Origin: an uncultured bacterium
GTDB lineage: Bacteria > Patescibacteriota > Minisyncoccia > Minisyncoccales > UBA5738
Assembly (NCBI GenBank): GCA_903847095.1
Contig: CAINCQ010000016.1
Location: 333-64,332, forward strand
Direction of reading: 5' to 3'
DNA: 64,000 nt
Shown here piece after piece: positions 1 to 8,962 of the stretch (positions within the stretch are counted from its first letter, which is position 1; each line of letters begins with the position of its first letter). The translations under genes and the position numbers were made by a program. Below the pieces are notes generated by a model. The model had not been told where the DNA came from and searched no databases. It saw only the letters and a list, made by a program, of their open reading frames with translations.

Positions 1-1125
1 TATCTTAAGCTGGGACTTCAGAGAATCCCGGTCAAAAGATTCGCCAACCAGGATATTGGCCCGCCGAAGCTCTTCAAAAAGCTTCAAACTCTTTTTCTTG
101 CCCAAGTATCCAAGTTGCGCCAAAAATACTTTAACCTTCTTTTCGTCATCGATCACGATCCCGGTATCCTTCATCGCCTGTACTACCCGGTCCACGCCCA
201 AGCTTCCTCCTATTGCCGGGGTTTCCTTGCCGCCCAAAAGCTTTACCAGGCAATCGTATCTTCCTCCTCCGCCAAGGGCCGTCTGGGATTGCCCCTCTTT
301 CCCTTCCTGGAATATCTCGAACACTGTCTTGGTGTAATAGTCCAAACCGCGAACAAGATAAGGATTCAAACGATACGGCAATCCGATCTCATCCAAATAC
401 TCCAGAACTTCCTTGAAATGCTGCTTGCATTCTTCGCACAAGTGATCGATCATTTGCGGCGCGTGCGCCCTCACCGCCTGGCATTTTTCATCCTTGCAAT
501 CCAAAATCCTCAAAGGGTTCTCCTTCACCCGCCTTTTGCAATCAACGCATAAAGACGAATCTTTGCTCCTCAAGTAACTGGCAAGCGTTTTCCGGTAATA
601 AGGGCGGCAAAGCTGGTCGCCGATGCAATTCACTTCAACGATCAAATTCGTAAGTTTCAACTCCTTAAGGATGTTGTAATATATCTGAATGGTCTGCGCG
701 TCGATGATCGAATTCTTTTCCCCGATCACTTCAAGCCCCATTTGCCAGAACTGTCGTTGGCGGCCCGCCTGGGGCCTCTCGTAGCGGAAAAACGGCCCGT
801 AATACCACAGCTTCACGGGTTGAGGATAATTAAACATTCCGTGCTCCAAATAAGCCCTCACGACCGGCGGAGTCCCTTCCGGTCGCAAAGTAAGCGAATC
901 CCCTCCCTTGGTCTTAAAGGCATACATTTGCTTTTGCACGATATCGGTGGTCTCCCCTGTTCCCTTTTCGAACAGCTCGCTTGCTTCCAGGATCGGCGTT
1001 TCAATCCTTTGAAAATTATAAAACTCGGCTATCTCTTTGCCGGTCTCTAAAACCTTATCGTAATATTTTTGATCGAGCGGCAAGATGTCATGCATGCCGG
1101 TCGGCGTCTGGAATTTTGTTTTCAT
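1..1125 (-). CDS. hisS: histidine--tRNA ligase, N-terminal 375 aa (3' end of gene lies beyond the left edge)
   Basis: Minus-strand frame is open from ATG (1125-1123) to position 1. It is absent from the ORF track because no stop lies in the window. Own translation: MKTKFQTPTGMHDILPLDQKYY..LTLRPEGTPPVVRAY..YYGPFFRYERPQAGRQRQFWQMG..ALGGGGRYD, class II aaRS motifs in the HisRS arrangement. Confidence 0.9.
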   Translation of the reverse strand, partial: MKTKFQTPTGMHDILPLDQKYYDKVLETGKEIAEFYNFQRIETPILEASELFEKGTGETTDIVQKQMYAFKTKGGDSLTLRPEGTPPVVRAYLEHGMFNYPQPVKLWYYGPFFRYERPQAGRQRQFWQMGLEVIGEKNSIIDAQTIQIYYNILKELKLTNLIVEVNCIGDQLCRPYYRKTLASYLRSKDSSLCVDCKRRVKENPLRILDCKDEKCQAVRAHAPQMIDHLCEECKQHFKEVLEYLDEIGLPYRLNPYLVRGLDYYTKTVFEIFQEGKEGQSQTALGGGGRYDCLVKLLGGKETPAIGGSLGVDRVVQAMKDTGIVIDDEKKVKVFLAQLGYLGKKKSLKLFEELRRANILVGESFDRDSLKSQLKI

Positions 1126-1128
1126 GTA

Positions 1129-1698
1129 TTAATTGGCCGGATAGGTCGGAGATGATATCTTGTCGATGGCGTTGAAAGGCCAGAGCCGAAACGCCACTTT
1201 ACCGATGATATCGTTTGAAGACAACTCTCCCCAATCCTGCGAATCGTAAGAATAAGGCCGGTTATCGCCAAGAACGAAATACTGGCCATCTTTCAAAGTA
1301 AGCGGACTCATGTCCGGAACTTTAAGATCGCTCGTCAGGTAGGTCGACTCGTTCAAGGTAAGCTTTTGGCCATCTTTATTGAAAATGGAAACCGTGCCAT
1401 CTTTTGTTTCAACGGTTTCTCCGGGCAAGCCGATTATCCGCTTAATAAACCTTTTGCTGGTATCCAACGGATACTTGAAAACAATAACGTCGCCGCGTTC
1501 CGGAGCTTTAAACCGGTAACTGAACTCATCAACAATCACATAATCGGCTTGATGAAAATTCGGCTCCATGGAAGAACCCTCGATGACGAAAGGCTGGAAC
1601 AAGTAATATCTTATCGGAACGACTATGGCAAAAGCCAAAACGACGATCTTGGTAACCTCAACGACAAAAATTAAAATATTTTTTACGGTATTGTTCAT
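1129..1698 (-). CDS. lepB: signal peptidase I
   Basis: ORF 1129..1791. Start moved to the internal ATG at 1698 (MNNTVKNILIF.. TM anchor). Motifs GSSMEPNF and GDNRPYSYDSQDWG (S26 boxes B and E). Confidence 0.85.
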   Translation of the reverse strand: MNNTVKNILIFVVEVTKIVVLAFAIVVPIRYYLFQPFVIEGSSMEPNFHQADYVIVDEFSYRFKAPERGDVIVFKYPLDTSKRFIKRIIGLPGETVETKDGTVSIFNKDGQKLTLNESTYLTSDLKVPDMSPLTLKDGQYFVLGDNRPYSYDSQDWGELSSNDIIGKVAFRLWPFNAIDKISSPTYPAN

Positions 1699-1986
1699 TT
1701 TTGGAAAAAAACCGCTTATCCCGCAGGCAAAGCGGTCAATGAGGATTAATTTAAGCTTAACTACTTGATTATAACAAAAAAATACCGCCAAATCAAGCCC
1801 CCTTTTCGTTGGGAATTAACCTTAAAAGCGCTCTGTAAAAATCGGGGTGTTTCTACCCTATCCAAGCTTAAATTCCAAGCACGACATTCAAAGCTCTAAA
1901 TAAATATATAAAGATTAAATTCGAAAGGATGATGGATAATCTTTACGCGGCAAGCCTATCGTTGTAAACTGCTTAAAAGAGTCTTT

Positions 1987-2580
1987 ATGGGAAAAACCTT
2001 TATCATCGCGGGATTAGGAAATCCCGGAGAGGATTATCGCGAGACCCCCCACAACCTGGGTTTTTTGGTTTTGGAAAAACTGGCGGAAACGCTAGGCTCC
2101 AAACCCTTCAAAATGAAAATCGACGGATCGCTTACGACCGAGATCGAGATAGGCCAAAACTTGGCCATCCTGGTAAAACCCCAGACCTTTATGAATAATT
2201 CCGGCCGTGAAATCATAAAGATCCTGGGTAAGTTGAAACTCGGCGGCAAAAAAAGCTATCCAACCCTCTGGGTCGTCAATGACGACCTTGACCTTCCTTT
2301 CGGAAAAATACGGATCGCCAAAAACCGCGGTTCGGCCGGCCATAAAGGCGTCCAGTCCATCATCGACCACCTCAAAACAAAAAACTTTATCCGCTTCCGG
2401 CTTGGCATCCAAAAACCCGAACTCGCCGGAAAAAAAATTGCGACGGAAAAATTCGTCCTAAAGAAATTTTCCAAAAACGACGAGGCCCTATTGGAAACAA
2501 CCATCGAAAGAACGGTCAAAGCAATCACCACTGCCCTCGAGCAGAACCTGGAAAAAGCCATGACCGAATTCAACAATTGA
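1987..2580 (+). CDS. pth: peptidyl-tRNA hydrolase
   Basis: 197-aa ORF. GLGNPGEDYRETPHNLGF and NNSGREI motifs typical of Pth. Confidence 0.9.
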   Translation: MGKTFIIAGLGNPGEDYRETPHNLGFLVLEKLAETLGSKPFKMKIDGSLTTEIEIGQNLAILVKPQTFMNNSGREIIKILGKLKLGGKKSYPTLWVVNDDLDLPFGKIRIAKNRGSAGHKGVQSIIDHLKTKNFIRFRLGIQKPELAGKKIATEKFVLKKFSKNDEALLETTIERTVKAITTALEQNLEKAMTEFNN

Positions 2581-2622
2581 TCCGGCCAAAAGCTGATTTT
2601 GCGCGCCTAAAAACCGCATCGG

Positions 2623-2800
2623 TTTAACCTATGCAGTTTTATTTTTTTATGACCTTCGACGCAATAAAGTCCCGTGTGTTGCGGAGCCGGAACGGTCTTT
2701 AACGTCCGGTCGTCAGGAGCAAAGCTCCCGCTAACTTTTCCCTTCAACCCGGCCAAACCCCTCTCTGTAAGAAGTTAAAAGTAGATCTGCATAGGTTAAA
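2623..2800. other. 178-nt non-coding element closed by a perfect 14-bp inverted repeat (candidate structured RNA or MITE-like element)
   Basis: TTTAACCTATGCAG (2623-2636) and CTGCATAGGTTAAA (2787-2800) are exact reverse complements. The interior has nested hairpins (2687-2709, 2716-2728) and no credible ORF. Confidence 0.3.
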
Positions 2801-2834
2801 ACTTTGCAAAAAGAACATTACTGGAGTATCGCAA

Positions 2835-2860
2835 CAAAAAAAGAGCGGTTTTACGCTCTC
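2835..2860 (-). terminator. intrinsic terminator of the 160-aa gene
   Basis: Minus strand reads AGAGCG-taaaac-CGCTCT followed by TTTTTTTG, directly after the stop at 2865. Confidence 0.7.
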
Positions 2861-2864
2861 GAAA

Positions 2865-3347
2865 TTACAGGAAATCATCCCTGTCCCCTTTTGCTGATTT
2901 GTTTACGGACAATTTAGCCGCTTCCAACGCCGCTTCCAATCTGGCAGCATTAATCACTTGATCGGGATCGACCGCCCTGCCCGCCTCAATCCCGGCCATG
3001 AAATCCTTAATAGCCGCGACACAGTCTTTGATATCGCAATCGATCAAGGAAAGACCCTCTATGCCCCAGGCAAAGCCGTCATAAATAAATATTCCGTCCT
3101 CATCGATTCCGACAAGGAATGAAGCCTTATATTTTTGCGCTAACTTTTCGCCTAGCTCGCGATACCAAGTTTCCGGCTTGTTACTTGATCCCAAACCTCG
3201 CAACCGCGAACGGGCGATCGCGACAATAACGGGATCTTTCGGAAAATAGCCTATGTCGATCCGGAAATCGGAAGCAATGACTTTTTTCAACGCTTCCCTG
3301 AGCTTTTCTTGCATCTCAACCTTTTTTTGTCTTGAAATTACGATCAT
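2865..3347 (-). CDS. hypothetical protein (160 aa)
   Basis: ORF with a strong SD (GGAGGTcattggaATG). No motif recognised. Confidence 0.6.
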   Translation of the reverse strand: MIVISRQKKVEMQEKLREALKKVIASDFRIDIGYFPKDPVIVAIARSRLRGLGSSNKPETWYRELGEKLAQKYKASFLVGIDEDGIFIYDGFAWGIEGLSLIDCDIKDCVAAIKDFMAGIEAGRAVDPDQVINAARLEAALEAAKLSVNKSAKGDRDDFL

Positions 3348-3489
3348 TCCAATGACCTCCTTGTAAACGAACTGACTTTAATTATTTTTAAAATAAAAGC
3401 GAAAATATGTCAAATTTTTTTAATCTTCGAAAAAAATGCTATAGTTTTAAATTCGCGATACTTTTTGCGAATTACAAAAAATACGATTA

Positions 3490-4362
3490 ATGGAAGAAAC
3501 GAAAACAATAAAAATTTCCGACGTGGATTTTCCGGAGGAATTGAAAACAATTCCCCAGCCTCCGAAGGTTATTTATGCTCAAGGCCTACCGGTAAAAAAA
3601 GAAGCCCGGGTCGCGATCGTGGGAACCAGAATGTGCTCCGATTACGGAAAAATGGCCGCTTCCAATATTGCCCAAGGACTGATTGACGCCGGCATTGTTA
3701 TTGTTTCCGGGTTGGCGCCCGGGATCGACACCATCGCCCATACGATAGCCGTGGAAAACAAAGCCCGGACGATCGCGGTTATCGGCTCCGGCCTTGACAA
3801 AAAAAGCATTTATCCCCAGACTAACGTGGTGCTCGCCCAAAAGATTTTGGATTGCGGCGGTCTGCTGATCAGTGAATATCCGGAAGGAACTTCCGGGGCA
3901 AAATTCACTTTTCCCAGGCGTAACCGAATAATTTCCGGTTTGTCGCTCGCCGTAGTGGTAATCGAAGCTAAGGAAAGATCGGGCTCGCTGATAACGGCCG
4001 AATGGGCACGAAAACAAGGAAAAAAGATTTTCGCGGTTCCCGGATCGATCTATTCAGCCAATTCGCGCGGCTGCCATTGTCTAATAGGACAAGGAGCGAT
4101 ACTAGCCCAAAACGCAAAAGATATCCTGGATGAACTCGGAATCGGACATATTAAACCCTTGGTTGGAAAAACGATAATCGAAGGGAGTGAAGAAGAAATT
4201 GCCATATTAAAATCATTACGCGAAGGCGCCCTGGACGTCGATAAGATCATATTAACGACCGGCTTGCCGGCAAAAAAAGTCTTAAGCATCCTCCCTGTCC
4301 TAGAAATTGAGGGAAAGATTAAAGACTTGGGAAAAAACATCTATGCGCTTAGTCATTGTTGA
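3490..4362 (+). CDS. dprA: DNA processing protein DprA/Smf
   Basis: 290-aa ORF. Rossmann-like core VSGLAPGIDTIAHTIAV..GSGLD..FPRRNRIISGLS, typical of DprA. Confidence 0.85.
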   Translation: MEETKTIKISDVDFPEELKTIPQPPKVIYAQGLPVKKEARVAIVGTRMCSDYGKMAASNIAQGLIDAGIVIVSGLAPGIDTIAHTIAVENKARTIAVIGSGLDKKSIYPQTNVVLAQKILDCGGLLISEYPEGTSGAKFTFPRRNRIISGLSLAVVVIEAKERSGSLITAEWARKQGKKIFAVPGSIYSANSRGCHCLIGQGAILAQNAKDILDELGIGHIKPLVGKTIIEGSEEEIAILKSLREGALDVDKIILTTGLPAKKVLSILPVLEIEGKIKDLGKNIYALSHC

Positions 4363-6472
4363 AAGCCCAACCAAAGCAAGGACCTTGCAAGGTTTTTTGG
4401 GCTCCGATTATAAAATTATCTCGTCCTACGGACATGTGAGGGACCTTCCCCAGCACGCTTTTGGCGTTGACTTGGAACACGACTTTGAACCTAAATACAC
4501 CATACCGACCAAAGCCAAAAAAAGGATCCAGGATATAAAAAAAGAGTTGGTAAAAGCCGACTCGGTTTTGATCTCGACCGATCCGGACCGTGAAGGAGAA
4601 GCAATCGCCTGGCATTTGGTACAAGCGTTAAAATTGAAAAATGGCTCGAAAAGCAAAACGGCCAAACCCTATCAACGCGTCGAATTCCACGAGATCACGA
4701 AAACCGCGATCGAGTCTGCCATCAAACACCCGCGCGAAATAAACGAGAATTTGGTTAACGCCCAGCAAGCCCGCCGGATCCTGGATCGTATTGTCGGCTA
4801 CAAACTTTCCCCTTTCCTTTGGAAAAAAGTGGCTAAAGGGCTGTCGGCCGGACGCGTCCAATCCGTAGCCGTACGCTTGGTCGTGGAACGGGAACGGGAG
4901 ATCGAAAAATTTATACCCCAGGATTACTGGGAAATCGTGGCCAACCTGAAAAACACCTTGCGCCAGCCGTTCAAGGAATTTACCGCGCGCCTTAATAAGA
5001 TCGACGGGAAAACCTGCGAAAAAATGGAGATCAAAAACCAGGAACAAGCGGACGCTATCGTCAAAGGACTGGAAAGCGCGAAATACCAAGTAGCGGATCT
5101 TGAAAAAAAGGAAACCAGGCGTAATCCTCTGCCCCCATTCACCACTTCGACCTTACAGCAGGAAGCTTGGAAAAAATACCATTTACAGGCCAAATTCACG
5201 ATGCAACTGGCGCAACAGCTTTACGAAATCGGCCTTATCACCTACCACCGCACCGATTCCCTTAATCTGTCCGATGAGGCGACAGCCAGCGCAAAAGAAT
5301 ATATCGAAAAAAATTACGGAGCGAACTACTGGCCCGGACAATACACGCATTTTAAAACGAAGGCGAAGCTCGCCCAGGAAGCGCATGAAGCAATCCGGCC
5401 CAGCGACCCGAACAACACTCCCGAAACGGTAAAAACCCGGAAAAACCTGAACGGTACGCAATCGAAACTTTACGATCTGATCTGGAAACGCTTTATCGCC
5501 TGCCAGATGAGCCCGGCGATTTTTGATTCGACCAGCATTGACATAACCGCGAAAACCGAAAGCCAAAACTCCGGGGAGTATGGCTTCCGCGCCACCGGCC
5601 AAACATTGAAATTCGACGGATTTTTAAAGATCTATGAAATAAAGTTCGAGCAGGTCGATCTTCCGCTGATGGAAACAGGCGAACCTTTGGAATTTTTGAA
5701 ACTGGACTCGACCAAGCACCAAACCAAGCCGCCGGCCAGATACACGGAAGCAACCCTGATCAAGGTGCTTGAAGAACACGGCATCGGACGTCCTTCAACC
5801 TACGCGCCCACGATTTCCACGATCCAGACCAGGCATTATATTGAAAAAGATGAAAACAAATCGTTTAAGCCCACGGAAATGGGAATCATGGTCAACGATA
5901 TTTTAGTCGAGCATTTTCCCCAGATCGTCGACGCCGGCTTCACCGCCACAATAGAAGAAAGCTTTGACAAGATCGCCGACGGAACCATGGAGTGGGTAAA
6001 GGTTTTACGCGAATTCTACGATCCATTCCAGAAAAATCTGGACGAAAAATACCGGAACGTCGAAAAAAAAGCGATTGTCCAGGAAATGACCGATAAAACC
6101 TGCCCCAAGTGCGGCGCCCTTTTGATAATACGCATGGGACGTTTCGGAAAATTTTACGCCTGTTCCGCTTTTCCCGTCTGCAAATACACCGGAAATATCA
6201 CCTCGGCGAATGGCTCCCCAAAAATCGACGTCAAATGCCCTAAATGCCAGACCGGAAACGTCGCTACCAAGCGGACAAAAAAAGGCAAAATCTTTTACGG
6301 CTGCTCAAACTACCCGGATTGCGACTTCGCCTTGTGGGACGAACCAACTGGTCAAAAATGCCCAAAATGCGGATCTTTGATGGTCAAGCCGTTGCGCGGC
6401 GCGGAAAAATGCTCAAACAAGGAATGCGGGAAAAGCGAAAAACTAAAAGCGCAAAGTGAAAAAACAGTATAG
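4343..6472 (+). CDS. topA: DNA topoisomerase I
   Basis: ORF 4307..6472. Start placed at the ATG at 4343 (MRLVIVESPTKA, Toprim start). Active-site region YHRTDS. C-terminal CPKCG/CPKCQ zinc ribbons. Confidence 0.9.
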   Translation: MRLVIVESPTKARTLQGFLGSDYKIISSYGHVRDLPQHAFGVDLEHDFEPKYTIPTKAKKRIQDIKKELVKADSVLISTDPDREGEAIAWHLVQALKLKNGSKSKTAKPYQRVEFHEITKTAIESAIKHPREINENLVNAQQARRILDRIVGYKLSPFLWKKVAKGLSAGRVQSVAVRLVVEREREIEKFIPQDYWEIVANLKNTLRQPFKEFTARLNKIDGKTCEKMEIKNQEQADAIVKGLESAKYQVADLEKKETRRNPLPPFTTSTLQQEAWKKYHLQAKFTMQLAQQLYEIGLITYHRTDSLNLSDEATASAKEYIEKNYGANYWPGQYTHFKTKAKLAQEAHEAIRPSDPNNTPETVKTRKNLNGTQSKLYDLIWKRFIACQMSPAIFDSTSIDITAKTESQNSGEYGFRATGQTLKFDGFLKIYEIKFEQVDLPLMETGEPLEFLKLDSTKHQTKPPARYTEATLIKVLEEHGIGRPSTYAPTISTIQTRHYIEKDENKSFKPTEMGIMVNDILVEHFPQIVDAGFTATIEESFDKIADGTMEWVKVLREFYDPFQKNLDEKYRNVEKKAIVQEMTDKTCPKCGALLIIRMGRFGKFYACSAFPVCKYTGNITSANGSPKIDVKCPKCQTGNVATKRTKKGKIFYGCSNYPDCDFALWDEPTGQKCPKCGSLMVKPLRGAEKCSNKECGKSEKLKAQSEKTV

Positions 6473-6641
6473 TCCGCTTTGCGAACAGCTTCAAAAACTT
6501 TGATCGTCTTTATACTTGTTCTCCGTTCTTTTGGATTACCCTTGCCAACCCTTCACTTCTTGATATTTTTCAAGAATCAAGATAACCTCAGGCTTAGCAC
6601 GCGCCCATTTTAATTAATATGGGGTTAGCGGAGGTTTGAGA

Positions 6642-7040
6642 ATGGACGAAAAAGACAAGAAGAAAGCTCTTCGACAATTGAGAAAAGAATACAAAACCGC
6701 TTCGACTAAAAAGGAAAAAGAGGAGATCCTCGCTAAATTGGCCGAACTTGCCACAACCTTCAAAAATTGTATCAATATCGCGGTTTTGGCAACGCAGGGA
6801 GAAATTTCGACTCCGAAAGCCGTCATAACAAAAATGAGCGATCTGGCAAAAACCTTTGCTGAATGCAGCCACGCGTTTCGCTTGGCATCGTGGAGCGGCA
6901 ACATCGGCGCGGCCATGACCGCCTTGGGAAAGATAAGCCACATGTGCGAAGAAAGAAAGCTTAAGCCGTCCCAAAAAAAGCTGTATTACGGCATGAGCGC
7001 CTGGGCCGACAGTCTCTCCGGCAAAATGCCGAACGCCTGA
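6642..7040 (+). CDS. hypothetical protein (132 aa)
   Basis: ORF 6636..7040. ATG at 6642 is preceded by GGAGGtttgaga. Lys/Glu-rich N-terminus, no known motif. Confidence 0.55.
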   Translation: MDEKDKKKALRQLRKEYKTASTKKEKEEILAKLAELATTFKNCINIAVLATQGEISTPKAVITKMSDLAKTFAECSHAFRLASWSGNIGAAMTALGKISHMCEERKLKPSQKKLYYGMSAWADSLSGKMPNA

Positions 7041-7067
7041 CCATATTTGAAAATTGGGGTGATAAGA

Positions 7068-7589
7068 ATGAATCTACTGGAATTATTAATCAAATGCCGC
7101 CAAGCTTGGCTCGTGAAGAAATACGTAGCCTTAATGATCACCGATCAGAAAAAAACAACAATTCCCGCCTTAAGCAAGCTGCTCGACATGGATAATCTTA
7201 CTGTTTCACTGGCGGTAACTTATCTCCTATACACCAAGGAAATATCAATTGCCAGCTTCATCGAGACAAAGAAAAGCAACAAGGAAGAATTGCTGCCGGA
7301 ATACTCCAGCCGCGAATACTTGCTTAATAAGGAAGAGCGCCTAAAAGCCGAGAAAAAACGCGTCCTGGAGCGCGTAAGACAGGCGCTTCCCGAAGAAGAA
7401 TTTACCATCACCGCGCTGGCTCGGGAACTGAAAGAAGACGAATACGCTGTCTTGGAAGCGATAGCCGATCTGTCCGTGTTAGGCGAAGTAGCCGATACCG
7501 GCCGGTCCGTACGAGCATCTGACAACTCAAACGTATTTTTTCCAATCTACGTTAAATCAAAAACCGCCCAAACCGCTATCAAATCCTGA
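7068..7589 (+). CDS. hypothetical protein with two winged-helix-like segments
   Basis: ORF 7047..7589. ATG at 7068 follows GGGGTGAtaaga. The segments TIPALSKLLDMDNLTVSLAVTYL and FTITALARELKEDEYAVLEAIADL look like HTH recognition units (weak, by eye). Confidence 0.5.
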   Translation: MNLLELLIKCRQAWLVKKYVALMITDQKKTTIPALSKLLDMDNLTVSLAVTYLLYTKEISIASFIETKKSNKEELLPEYSSREYLLNKEERLKAEKKRVLERVRQALPEEEFTITALARELKEDEYAVLEAIADLSVLGEVADTGRSVRASDNSNVFFPIYVKSKTAQTAIKS

Positions 7590-7614
7590 TAGCTTTTTTA
7601 TTACCTGCTTTTGA

Positions 7615-7642
7615 TTGACAAAAGGCCAAAAAAATCGATAAT
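7615..7642 (+). promoter_or_regulatory. sigma70-like promoter upstream of tRNA-Leu
   Basis: TTGACA (7615-7620), 16-nt spacer, GATAAT (7637-7642). Confidence 0.45.
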
Positions 7643-7720
7643 AGATACTGTTCGCTAACCGCCGAAGTGGTGGTTCGGCGGGCACCGCGTGAACATAAAC
7701 CATCTTTTCCATTAAAATAC

Positions 7721-7804
7721 GCCGAAGTGGTGAAACTGGCATACACGTAGCACTCAAAATGCTATGAGGGCAACCTCGTGTGGGTTCAACTCCCACCTTC
7801 GGCA
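7721..7804 (+). tRNA. tRNA-Leu (anticodon CAA), class II with long variable arm, no encoded CCA
   Basis: Hand-folded. Acceptor GCCGAAG/CTTCGGC. Anticodon stem TAGCA/TGCTA with loop CTCAAAA. Variable arm GAGG-gcaa-CCTC. T arm GTGGG-TTCAACT-CCCAC. Discriminator A. Confidence 0.95.
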
Positions 7805-7810
7805 CAAATT

Positions 7811-7837
7811 AAAAAACGCGCTTACGCGCTTTTTTTA
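7811..7837. terminator. short bidirectional hairpin terminator after tRNA-Leu
   Basis: AAAAAACGCGCTTACGCGCTTTTTTT: a GC stem flanked by an A-run and a T-run. Confidence 0.5.
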
Positions 7838-7988
7838 AATTCGTCCCCCAAACTAATAATTACCCTCCCTCTCCAATCGCCAAATTTTTGCATTTAATCC
7901 TCTCTCATCATTCATTTGGCTTTTCGTTTTCTTCCCCGCGTTAATTGCAAAATATATACTTTATTGTATTGTAAAATTGTGATTTCGA

Positions 7989-8177
7989 ATGATGCTGACT
8001 ACGGTAATCGGACTTATTCTTTGCCTGATCGGAACCGCTCTCGTAGTTTTGGCTTTAGGCTATATTTTCAAACAGGATGAATGGATTTCCGGATGGATTT
8101 CTCTGATAGGACTTTTTTTATGCTGGGCGGGCTTGCTGTTGATAGCGATCCCGGCCCTCGAACAACTGACGCATTAA
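7989..8177 (+). CDS. small membrane protein (62 aa, 2 predicted TM)
   Basis: ORF with two hydrophobic helices, followed by a terminator at 8179-8201. Confidence 0.55.
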   Translation: MMLTTVIGLILCLIGTALVVLALGYIFKQDEWISGWISLIGLFLCWAGLLLIAIPALEQLTH

Positions 8178-8178
8178 T

Positions 8179-8201
8179 AGAGCCCAACAGGCTCTTTTTT
8201 T
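8179..8201 (+). terminator. intrinsic terminator
   Basis: AGAGCC-caaca-GGCTCT followed by T7. Nearly the same hairpin as the purC terminator at 60128. Confidence 0.75.
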
Positions 8202-8249
8202 ATATACACGTTTTAATATTAGATTACCGCCTGCCCTTTTTATTCACTA

Positions 8250-8278
8250 TTGACAAATAAGATATTGTTTATTATGAT
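8250..8278 (+). promoter_or_regulatory. sigma70-like promoter
   Basis: TTGACA (8250-8255), 17-nt spacer, TATGAT (8273-8278). The TTG 'start' of track ORF 8250 is actually the -35 box. Confidence 0.6.
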
Positions 8279-8294
8279 TATCGCGGTGAATGAA

Positions 8295-8639
8295 ATGGCG
8301 ACAAGCCCATTAGATCTATCAACCCTCTTGATAATGCTTATCTCGGGGTTGGCAATAGTAAGCGTTATGACCATTCTGGCTGCAAGATCCGCACCGGAAC
8401 CAACAGGAAAGTTTTTAGCATTCATTGCCGCGGTCGCAATCGCAGCAATGATGTTTGTGGCGATTAATTGGGCTGCGTGGCCGCTTTACCTGGGTAAAGA
8501 GCTCAGCGAAATGGCCTTAGGCATAGCGGCTTCAAGCTCAGTCTCCATAGTCATCGGTATTTCCGTCGTTTACCTGGCGGTTAAGGATAAAATAAATACC
8601 GCCAAACCGGAGATAACCAACAAGCTTTCGTCCGTTTAA
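8295..8639 (+). CDS. membrane protein (114 aa, about 4 TM)
   Basis: ORF 8250..8639 trimmed to the ATG at 8295, downstream of the promoter and after GGTGAatgaa. Hydrophobic throughout. Confidence 0.6.
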   Translation: MATSPLDLSTLLIMLISGLAIVSVMTILAARSAPEPTGKFLAFIAAVAIAAMMFVAINWAAWPLYLGKELSEMALGIAASSSVSIVIGISVVYLAVKDKINTAKPEITNKLSSV

Positions 8640-8666
8640 ACCCCTCAAACCGGGGTTTTTCTTTTT
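8639..8666 (+). terminator. intrinsic terminator
   Basis: AACCCC-tcaaacc-GGGGTT followed by a T-run. A second similar hairpin lies at 8676-8696. Confidence 0.75.
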
Positions 8667-8914
8667 ATAAAGTCGACCCCGCTTTAAAAACGGGGTTTGA
8701 TTTTCTTACAAAGAATCAAACGCCTCCAAGAAGCTCGCCCCGCGCACCTGCGCGGGCCTCAGGTCTCCTATTCTTCCATCGGGCCGTTAAACCGCCCAAT
8801 GAGTCTTGTTTTTTTAGTTAATGAAAATTATTATCGAATTAATCGAAATCTAAATTAAAATACGAAAAAAATCCACTAACAATCTATACGGTCCGCGCCG
8901 GATAACAATTGGAT

Positions 8915-8943
8915 TTGACAAATTTTAATTATTCTCTTATAAA
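8915..8943 (+). promoter_or_regulatory. sigma70-like promoter
   Basis: TTGACA (8915-8920), 17-nt spacer, TATAAA (8938-8943). Confidence 0.6.
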
Positions 8944-8962
8944 GGCGACAGTGGTGAACTCC

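Noticed and set aside
4307-4342. Longer N-terminal extensions offered by the ORF track. Examples are topA from 4307, leuS from 23259, tsaD from 10576, lepB from 1791, the dacA-like gene from 47270, the nucleotidase from 57255 and the HD protein from 54291.
   Set aside because: In each case an internal ATG coincides with the conserved protein N-terminus and/or removes an overlap with the upstream gene. The extensions have no SD and an unusual composition.
7557-7805. 82-aa minus-strand ORF.
   Set aside because: It overlaps tRNA-Leu and its leader on the opposite strand. It is spurious.
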